Source of the DNA: Candidatus Forterrea multitransposorum CG_2015-17_Forterrea_25_41
Lineage (GTDB): Archaea; Iainarchaeota; Iainarchaeia; Iainarchaeales; CSSED10-239
Length of the DNA stretch: 64,000 nt
Reading direction: 5' to 3'
NCBI GenBank assembly: GCA_009392915.1
Contig: CP045477.1
Location: 1 to 64,000, forward strand
The notes beneath the pieces were generated by a model. That model did not search any database. It was given only the letters and a program-made list of their open reading frames with translations, and was not told the DNA's origin. Positions 24,819-31,725 of this stretch are shown piece after piece; within the stretch, counting starts at the first letter, position 1, and each line of letters opens with the position of its first letter. Position numbers and translations under genes: made by a program.

Positions 24819-26192
24819 ATGGCTATAGACAAAAGATTTTTTTTAGGGATAACTATTAGTAAAAAAAGAAAAGCAATTTCTCCTTTAATTGCCACTATTC
24901 TTTTAATAGTTGTTGCCGTTGCAATTATAGCTATTATTGTTTCCTGGGGAAAAGGATTTACCAATGATTCTTTAAGCAAAGCCTCTGGTCTTGAAATTTA
25001 CACTGAATCAGAAACTTCTTTTTACTTGCAAGTAAAAAATTCAATAAACGGAAGAACTGTTGTTCAATATAATCCTCCTTATAATTCTCCTCACACCTCT
25101 TTAACCATAACAGGTTATAGCCTACATGGTAACACGAATATTAATCCCATAGATCCACCAATTACAATAACTGCAAACCAAACTGCAGTTATTGATCATG
25201 GTATTTTATTTCCAGAATTAAATTTAGTTTTATATTTGGATAATGATCGAATGATTATTAAAACTGATCTTTTACAAACTATTAAATCTCCTCTTTCTTG
25301 TCCAGAAGGTTATGTTTCTGTTCCAGGAAACCACTTATATGGAACTATGAATGAAAGTGGGGGTTTTTGTGTTTCAAAATATGAGATGAAAATGGATAGA
25401 ACAGGAGATGGAATAGGAAATCTTGTAGCTGATTATCCTGATTGTAACACCGGTTCTTTAACATATAATACTTATAGTTATGAATTATGCCCTACACCAG
25501 GCACTTTAGTTTCTACTCCAGAAGGTTCTCCCATAGCAAGAATCACACAAACTGAAAGCATATCAGCCTGTGAAGCTATTGGTGGTCATTTAATAACAAA
25601 TAACGAATGGATGACCATTGTACGAAACATAGAACAAGTTCCATCTAATTGGTCAGGTGGAGCAGTTGGTGATGGCTACCTTCCAAGAGGGAATTCATCT
25701 TCTTCAGGAGCTATGGAAGGCTTTGATCAACTTTCAGGAACTACCAAAAGAACCTTGACCTTAACAAACGGAGAGGTAATTTGGGATTTAGCAGGAAATG
25801 TAAGACAATGGACCAGTGACACTATTCAAAGAAAGGACCAGCCTGATGGTTTTAATAATGTAGATGATAGTAATAATACTTCTGGTTTTAATTGGTTTGA
25901 TTATTTTAAGGGCGGTGGAGTAGATCAATATATTTATTCTGATAATTTAGGTAACACCACCTTAAAGTATAAAGATTTATTTTTATTAACTAGTAATACT
26001 TATAATGCAACAGATAATGGTGTTGGAAGGATTTATACTTATAGTGATTTTAGTGATACTAGTACAACTGAGTACGCGTTTTTGCGCGGTGGTCACTGGG
26101 GCAATGGCACTAATGCCGGGGTCTTGCACCTGGTCTTGAACAAGACTCCTGGGTCCCGGAGCATCCTCATCGGCCTGCGCTGTGTCAAGTAG
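24819..26192 (+). CDS. DGR target protein: archaeal pilin-type class III signal peptide, linker, FGE/C-type-lectin-fold domain with C-terminal variable region
   Basis: N-terminus KKRKAISPLIATILLIVVAVAIIAIIV (DUF1628-like). FGE-sulfatase-like motifs SKYEM, GGHLITNNEW, WDLAGNVRQW, RGGHW and IGLRCVK. The last ~39 codons are the VR matching the TR downstream. Confidence 0.9.
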   Translation: MAIDKRFFLGITISKKRKAISPLIATILLIVVAVAIIAIIVSWGKGFTNDSLSKASGLEIYTESETSFYLQVKNSINGRTVVQYNPPYNSPHTSLTITGYSLHGNTNINPIDPPITITANQTAVIDHGILFPELNLVLYLDNDRMIIKTDLLQTIKSPLSCPEGYVSVPGNHLYGTMNESGGFCVSKYEMKMDRTGDGIGNLVADYPDCNTGSLTYNTYSYELCPTPGTLVSTPEGSPIARITQTESISACEAIGGHLITNNEWMTIVRNIEQVPSNWSGGAVGDGYLPRGNSSSSGAMEGFDQLSGTTKRTLTLTNGEVIWDLAGNVRQWTSDTIQRKDQPDGFNNVDDSNNTSGFNWFDYFKGGGVDQYIYSDNLGNTTLKYKDLFLLTSNTYNATDNGVGRIYTYSDFSDTSTTEYAFLRGGHWGNGTNAGVLHLVLNKTPGSRSILIGLRCVK

Positions 26193-26195
26193 TTT
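26075..26195 (+). repeat. DGR variable repeat (VR)
   Basis: 121 bp aligns without gaps to 27300-27420. There are 13 mismatches, 12 of them at TR adenines. GC-rich compared with its surroundings. Confidence 0.9.
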
Positions 26196-26232
26196 TTAGA
26201 AAAAATATATTTCATCCCCAAACCATGTATTT

Positions 26233-26263
26233 AGACGGGTGAGACGGCAAGACGGCCAGACGG
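26233..26263 (+). repeat. four tandem AGACGG motifs in a GC-rich patch downstream of the VR
   Basis: AGACGGgtgAGACGGcaAGACGGccAGACGG with 9/8/8-bp spacing. No ORF covers it. Confidence 0.6.
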
Positions 26264-26362
26264 AAGAAGCCATGGCAACCTAAACGTTTCAAGATTGTTT
26301 TTGCAAAAAAATGAAAAAACGTATTTGTGAAGTTTTAAAAAAAAGAAATGAGTGTGATTTTT

Positions 26363-26396
26363 GCAAATTTTTTTGATTTTTTTCAAAAAAATTTGC
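26363..26396. other. perfect 13-bp inverted repeat (AT-rich hairpin)
   Basis: GCAAATTTTTTTG, an 8-nt loop, then CAAAAAAATTTGC, between the DGR target gene and the first Avd-like gene. Confidence 0.5.
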
Positions 26397-26498
26397 TAGC
26401 CGTTAAACCAAATGGTTTTTTAATGTAAAAATAATTTTTATAATAATTAAGTTTTAAAGAAAAAATACTTTATATCTTGGACAAACAATGTGATTTAA

Positions 26499-26885
26499 AT
26501 GAGTTTAGTTGGAAATGAAAAAGGAATTCTAAATTTTGGTGTTTACAAGGAGCTTTTCCCAATCGTTATTGAAACTTATAATTTTTTAGAAAATAATAAA
26601 TCTTTATTTAAAGTAGATTTTGTTTATACAGATACTGTTAAAAATTTAATAGATATTCTTTCTTTTCTTTCCAAAGGGTATAATAAATTTCATTCTAATG
26701 AAAAATCTTTACTTTACTCTTATTCAAGAGATTGTGTTTCTACAACCCAATCTAATCTTTTAATATTATCTGAACTTAATAAAGATCTCTCAAAAGAAAA
26801 AACCTTATATTTTTATAATCAATTTGAGGATAAAATAAAGTATTTTAATGGTTTAATAAAAAAGATTGAAGAAAATAAAAACTAG
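26499..26885 (+). CDS. divergent four-helix-bundle (Avd-like) protein
   Basis: 128 aa with predicted helical repeats that loosely parallel Avd (VYKELFPIVIETYNFL..., LLILSELNKDL..., YFNGLIKKIE). Positioned directly upstream of avd. Confidence 0.4.
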   Translation: MSLVGNEKGILNFGVYKELFPIVIETYNFLENNKSLFKVDFVYTDTVKNLIDILSFLSKGYNKFHSNEKSLLYSYSRDCVSTTQSNLLILSELNKDLSKEKTLYFYNQFEDKIKYFNGLIKKIEENKN

Positions 26886-26896
26886 GGTATATTATT

Positions 26897-27226
26897 ATGT
26901 TATTTGACTTAAAGTTATATAAAGAAACTTATAACTTTTTACTTTATATTTATCCTGAAATAAATAAATTCCCTAAATCAGATAAATATTCTTTAGGAGA
27001 GGATATTAAAAAAACAACTATTTCTTTAATGTCAAATATTGTTCTTTTTTCAAAGCATAATGAAAATACTTTAAAAGAAGCAGATAAAAACTTAGAATTA
27101 CTAAGAATATATATTAGGCTTTCTTTTGATTTAAAAATAATCTCTTTTAAAAAATATGAGGTTATTTCAAGGCAATTAAATGATATTGGTAATTTATTAG
27201 GTGGTCTTTTAAAACAAAAGATTTAA
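26897..27226 (+). CDS. avd: DGR accessory variability determinant (Avd; four-helix-bundle / 23S rRNA-IVS protein family)
   Basis: LYKETYNFLLYIYPEINKFPKSDKYSLGEDIKKTTISLMSNI matches the family pattern. 109 aa, located between the target gene and the TR. Confidence 0.8.
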   Translation: MLFDLKLYKETYNFLLYIYPEINKFPKSDKYSLGEDIKKTTISLMSNIVLFSKHNENTLKEADKNLELLRIYIRLSFDLKIISFKKYEVISRQLNDIGNLLGGLLKQKI

Positions 27227-27299
27227 ATATTTTTTCAACTAATAGTTATGTTGTTCTTTTAAATAAAAAGAATAGGGCTTTTACAGAAAAAAACAGGTG

Positions 27300-27420
27300 C
27301 GCGTTTTTGCGCGGTGGTAACTGGAACAATGGCACTAATGCCGGGGTCTTGAACCTGAACTTGAACAATACTCCTGGGAACCGGAACAACAACATCGGCC
27401 TGCGCTGTGTCAAGTAGTTT
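27300..27420 (+). repeat. DGR template repeat (TR)
   Basis: Non-coding copy of the VR, rich in AAC/AAT triplets in the VR frame (G N W N N G T N A G V L N L N L N N T P G N R N N N I G L R C V K). Lies 258 bp upstream of the RT gene. Confidence 0.9.
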
Positions 27421-27422
27421 CT

Positions 27423-27445
27423 CCTTATTATTTTTAATAATAAGG
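27423..27445 (+). other. perfect 10-bp stem-loop immediately 3' of the TR
   Basis: CCTTATTATT, loop TTT, then AATAATAAGG, followed by a T-run. Confidence 0.55.
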
Positions 27446-27678
27446 TTTTATCAGAGTTTGTATGTTTATTTTTTTATCTAAAAAAACATATAAAGCGAAT
27501 ATTTTAAAAAACTACATCTGTAAAATGTTTCCTGATTGCACATAATGTGTGCCATAAGAACTATTTTGTTTTTATGTTAAAAAATCAAATATAAAGATAA
27601 GTTATTACATTTAGTATTTTTATAGTCTGTAAAAAGAAATCTGTAATAACTCTTAACTTTAAATAAGGCTTTTTAAAA

Positions 27679-28695
27679 ATGAAATCATACAATAACCTTT
27701 GGCAAGAATTCACTTCTTTTAAAAATATTTTTAATGCCTATAAAAAAGCAAGAAAGTCCACACCAAACAAAAAGTATATCTTGCAATTTACCACAAATTT
27801 AGAAAAGGAGTTATTCTTATTACAAGATCAATTAATTTCAGAAAATTTTCAATTTTCTCCTTACAGAAGTTTTAAAGTTTATGAACCTAAAGAAAGAACA
27901 ATAAGTGCACCTATTTTCAGGGATGTTGTTGTTCAGCATGCCATAATAAACATTATTGAACCTATTTTTGATAAAACCTTTATAGATAACTCTTTTGCTT
28001 GTAGAAAAGGAAAAGGCACACATAAAGGGCTTTTTGAAATTAAAAAAGTAATTCAAACCCCAAATCATCCAAAATACTATTTAAAACAAGATGTAAAGAA
28101 ATACTTTCCTTCAGTTCATAAACCTACCTTAAAAGAAATAATTTTTAAAAGAATTAAGGATGCAAGATTACTTTCTCTAATATATAAAATAATTGATAGT
28201 TATTCTTTTGATTTAAATCAAATTCAAAAAGGTATCCCTATAGGTAATTTAACCTCTCAGTTGTTTGCAAATATTTATTTAAACCATTTAGATCAGTATG
28301 TTAAGCATTCTTTAAAAATTAAACATTATTATAGATATGTAGATGATTTTTTAATATTTTCAAACAATAAAAGAAAATTACATGTTTTTAGAAGAAAAAT
28401 AAAATTATTTTTAAGTAAAGAACTATTATTAGATGTTCCAAAAAATAAAACTTATATAAACTTAGTAAGTAAAGGAGTTGATTTTTTAGGTTATAAGGTA
28501 TTTCCTTCAAACATAAGATTAAGAAAATCAAATCTTAAAAGATTTCTTCTAAGACAAAATAAAAATAACTTTCTTCTAAAAAAAAATCAAATTTCTAAAC
28601 TTAACTATAATTTTTCTCTTTTTTCTTTTTTAGGTTATGCAAAGCATGCAAACTCTTATAATCTCTTAAGTACTTTAAATATTAATGAGTTATAG
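27679..28695 (+). CDS. DGR-type reverse transcriptase
   Basis: RT motifs SAPIFRDVVVQHAI, IPIGNLTSQLFANIYL (DGR-typical [I/L]GxxxSQ) and YVDDFLIF. 338 aa, adjacent to the TR. Confidence 0.9.
   Translation: MKSYNNLWQEFTSFKNIFNAYKKARKSTPNKKYILQFTTNLEKELFLLQDQLISENFQFSPYRSFKVYEPKERTISAPIFRDVVVQHAIINIIEPIFDKTFIDNSFACRKGKGTHKGLFEIKKVIQTPNHPKYYLKQDVKKYFPSVHKPTLKEIIFKRIKDARLLSLIYKIIDSYSFDLNQIQKGIPIGNLTSQLFANIYLNHLDQYVKHSLKIKHYYRYVDDFLIFSNNKRKLHVFRRKIKLFLSKELLLDVPKNKTYINLVSKGVDFLGYKVFPSNIRLRKSNLKRFLLRQNKNNFLLKKNQISKLNYNFSLFSFLGYAKHANSYNLLSTLNINEL
28589..28687 (+). repeat. 99-bp direct repeat, copy 1 (3' end of the RT gene)
   Basis: Identical base for base to 30138-30236. Confidence 0.9.
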
Positions 28696-28838
28696 TTTAT
28701 TTTTATTATGGGCACTTGAGCGTCTATTTTAAACTTAAATTATAATCTTTTACTAACGCACTATACCTTAATTATAATCTTCTATCAAAAGACTATATTT
28801 AAAAATGTTTTTATTATATATTATATTAGTGATAAAAT

Positions 28839-30104
28839 ATGGATAAAGCTTTTTTAAGAAACGTTGTTTCTGACCAGTATGAAGATTTAAAAGATGTTTC
28901 AAAAACAATACAAAGATATGATTCAAAAGAAATAGCGCGCTTTGTAAATAATCCTGCTATATCTATAATTTCAGGAGTAAGGCGTTGTGGTAAGTCCACT
29001 TTTTTAGAGCAGATAATAAATTTATATTATAAAAATAACTTTTATTATTTTGATTTTTCTGATGAAAGAATTGCAAAATTTGAAACTGCTGACTTTCAAA
29101 CATTATATGAGGTGTTTTTAGAAAAATTTGGAAAAAGACAGGCTTTTTTCTTTGATGAAATACAAGGAGTTCCAGAATGGAATAAATTTGTTAATAGAAT
29201 GAAAAAGATTGGGCATAAATGTTTTGTAACCGGTTCAAATTCAAATTTGTTAAGTCAAGAAATATCTACTTATCTAACAGGAAGACATATTGATAAAATC
29301 TTATTCCCTTTTTCCTTTAAAGAATATTTAACGTATAAAAATATTAATGTAGATTTAGATTCTACAAAATCAAGAACCTTAATTATTAAAGAGTTTAAAA
29401 ATTACTTTAAAATAGGTGGTTTTCCAGAGGTTGTTTTAACAAACGATACTTCAATTTTATTAAATATTTATTCTGACATAATTTCTAAAGATATAATTGA
29501 AAGATTTAGGATTAATGATGTTTCTTTATTTAAAGAATTTTGTAATTATGTAATTTCTTTATCTACGAATGAATTTACTTTTAAATCATTAAAAGATAAT
29601 TTTAATATTCAGAATATTACTACTGTTTCAAACTATCTTGATTATCTTAAATTAACTTACCTTGTTTATGAAGTTAAAAGATTTTCTTCTTCATTACAAA
29701 AATTAAATAAATATCCAAAAAAATATTATTGTATAGATAATGGTTTATTAAATAAAGTGGGTTTTGGATATTCAATAGAGGAAACTAGATTTTTAGAAAA
29801 TCAAGTTTTTATTGAACTTTGGAGAAATAATCCGCAATCTGAAATTTATTATTATAGAGATAAGGATAATAAAGAATGTGATTTTTTATTGTTAAATGAT
29901 AGAAAAGTAGTTAAGGCTATTCAAGTGTGTTTTGCTTTTAAAAAGATAGATACTAGAAAAAGAGAAATAGAAGGTTTACTATCTGCTTTAAAAGAGTTTA
30001 ATCTAAATTATGGCGAAATTATTACTTTTGAGCATAAAGAAAAATTAAAGATAGATGGAAAAGTAATAGAGATGATTCCTGTATATGAGTGGTTATTAAA
30101 ATAA
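28839..30104 (+). CDS. AAA-family ATPase (AAA_14 + DUF4143 type)
   Basis: Walker A SGVRRCGKST, Walker B FFFDEIQ; 421 aa. Sits between the two 99-bp repeat copies. Confidence 0.75.
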   Translation: MDKAFLRNVVSDQYEDLKDVSKTIQRYDSKEIARFVNNPAISIISGVRRCGKSTFLEQIINLYYKNNFYYFDFSDERIAKFETADFQTLYEVFLEKFGKRQAFFFDEIQGVPEWNKFVNRMKKIGHKCFVTGSNSNLLSQEISTYLTGRHIDKILFPFSFKEYLTYKNINVDLDSTKSRTLIIKEFKNYFKIGGFPEVVLTNDTSILLNIYSDIISKDIIERFRINDVSLFKEFCNYVISLSTNEFTFKSLKDNFNIQNITTVSNYLDYLKLTYLVYEVKRFSSSLQKLNKYPKKYYCIDNGLLNKVGFGYSIEETRFLENQVFIELWRNNPQSEIYYYRDKDNKECDFLLLNDRKVVKAIQVCFAFKKIDTRKREIEGLLSALKEFNLNYGEIITFEHKEKLKIDGKVIEMIPVYEWLLK

Positions 30105-30137
30105 TTTTTTTTAATTTTAAAAAAGGCTTTACCTTTA

Positions 30138-30236
30138 AAATTTCTAAACTTAACTATAATTTTTCTCTTTTTTCTTTTTTAGGTTATGCAAAGCATGCAA
30201 ACTCTTATAATCTCTTAAGTACTTTAAATATTAATG
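30138..30236 (+). repeat. 99-bp direct repeat, copy 2 (orphan duplicate of the RT 3' end)
   Basis: Identical to 28589-28687. It is no longer attached to an RT ORF. Confidence 0.9.
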
Positions 30237-30336
30237 GTTTTATAGTGTAGATTCTCTTTGCATTAAAAATATTGTTTTTGAAAAAAACAAAGCTTTAAAT
30301 TTTGTTTATTTATATAATATATTAGGTGAAAGCAAT

Positions 30337-30549
30337 ATGAAATATAGAGTTTTAATAGAACAAGACGAAGATGGTATCTTTGTTGCTGAATGCCCTAGTC
30401 TTCCAGGTGCAATTTCTCAAGGAAAAACAAGAGAAGAAGCAATAATAAATATTAAAGAAGCCATAAAAGGTTATCTTGAAAGTTTAAAGATAGCTAATGA
30501 ACCAATTCCTTCTCCAATATCTGAAGAAATAATTGATATTTATGGATAA
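30337..30549 (+). CDS. hicB: HicB-family antitoxin (UPF0150)
   Basis: YRVLIEQDEDGIFVAECPSLPGAISQGKTREEAIINIKEAI matches the HicB/UPF0150 pattern. Confidence 0.8.
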   Translation: MKYRVLIEQDEDGIFVAECPSLPGAISQGKTREEAIINIKEAIKGYLESLKIANEPIPSPISEEIIDIYG

Positions 30550-30766
30550 ACTGCCTATTATATCTGGTCAAGATTTAATCAAATTACTTCTAAAATTAGA
30601 TTATCAAGTTCATCATCAAACTGGATCACATATTATCTTAAGACAAAATAAAGAACCTTTTAGAAGATTAACAATTCCAAACCATAAAGAAATTTCAATA
30701 GGGACTTTAAGAGCAATTATAAGGCAAGTTGGAATAACAAGAGAAGAATTTGTTAAATTATTCTAA
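30542..30766 (+). CDS. hicA: HicA-family mRNA interferase toxin
   Basis: SGQDLIKLLLKLDY...QTGSHIILRQ...LTIPNHKEISIGTLRAIIRQ. The ATG overlaps the hicB stop (ATGGATAA). Confidence 0.85.
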   Translation: MDKLPIISGQDLIKLLLKLDYQVHHQTGSHIILRQNKEPFRRLTIPNHKEISIGTLRAIIRQVGITREEFVKLF

Positions 30767-31041
30767 ATTAAATTGTTCTTTTAATTATTATTTTTAATTT
30801 TTTTAAAGTAAAATAAATAATTTTTAACCTAATTTAAATGTTTTTAAGTAATTTATAATATTTTTTTAATTTACTACATAAAAACAAATCTTTTTAAGCA
30901 ATTCGGTCTATAATTATATTATATAAAAAATCTACTTTTATAAATATCCTATTTTTTGCGGCTGTTTTAATTATTAAAAACAGTAGTAGATAGGTTATTG
31001 ATTTTTAGTTTCTATGATTAGAAGACAAGAGGTTAATTAAC

Positions 31042-31719
31042 ATGATAAAAACAAAAGATATTATTGAAATTGATCTAATTTTAAAAGATGTAAATACTAA
31101 TGAAATTTTAGATACTACAAAAAAAGAAATTGCGAAAGAAAATAATTTAAATTTAAAAAATGAATATAAACCTTTAAATTATGTTTTTGGTACTGGAGAA
31201 CTTTTAAAAGGTATTGAAGATAATATTTCTGATTTAGAAGTTTCTAAAACAAAAACATTTGTTTTAAAAAAAGAACAAGCTTTCAAAGATAAAGACCCTA
31301 AAAAAATAGAATTAGTTTCTTTAAATGAATTTAAAAAAGAAAATGTAAGACCAGAAGTTGGTTTATTTGTAAATATTGGAAATAGATCTGGAAAAATAAT
31401 TTCTGTTTCTGGTGGAAGAGTTAAAGTTGATTTTAATCCTATTTATGCAGGAAGAGATTTAGAATATACTGTAACAATAAATAAAGTTATTTCTAAAGAT
31501 TCTGATAAACTTCCTTTACTTTTAGAAAAGGCATTTTATTTTATGCCAAAAGAACAAATTAATTTAATTTCTAAAGAAGATGAAATTGAAGTTGAAATGC
31601 CTTTAGGTGTTCCTCAAGAAATTGATTATTTTAAACAATTTTTTGCAAAACTAGTTTTTGATTCAACTAATTATGAAAATGTTAAGTTTGTTCAAAAATT
31701 AACTAAGAAAAAAGGGTGA
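31042..31719 (+). CDS. FKBP-type peptidyl-prolyl cis-trans isomerase (long archaeal type)
   Basis: YVFGTGELLKGIEDNI and VDFNPIYAGRDLEYTVTI motifs. Confidence 0.75.
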   Translation: MIKTKDIIEIDLILKDVNTNEILDTTKKEIAKENNLNLKNEYKPLNYVFGTGELLKGIEDNISDLEVSKTKTFVLKKEQAFKDKDPKKIELVSLNEFKKENVRPEVGLFVNIGNRSGKIISVSGGRVKVDFNPIYAGRDLEYTVTINKVISKDSDKLPLLLEKAFYFMPKEQINLISKEDEIEVEMPLGVPQEIDYFKQFFAKLVFDSTNYENVKFVQKLTKKKG

Positions 31720-31725
31720 ATTATT

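Noticed and set aside
26137-26139. The T-to-G mismatch (TR AAT, VR AAG), considered as evidence against a DGR.
   Set aside because: One non-adenine difference among 13 is compatible with an ordinary point mutation on top of A-mutagenesis. The other 12 changes are all at TR adenines.
26205-26290. The GC-rich patch downstream of the VR, considered as a tRNA or small RNA gene.
   Set aside because: No acceptor or T-arm-like pairing or cloverleaf could be drawn. It is kept only as an unexplained repeat-containing element.
28589-30236. The 99-bp repeat pair, considered as a second VR/TR pair of the DGR.
   Set aside because: The copies are 100 percent identical with no adenine-specific differences. 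They are AT-rich and correspond to the RT C-terminus rather than to a target-gene 3' end.
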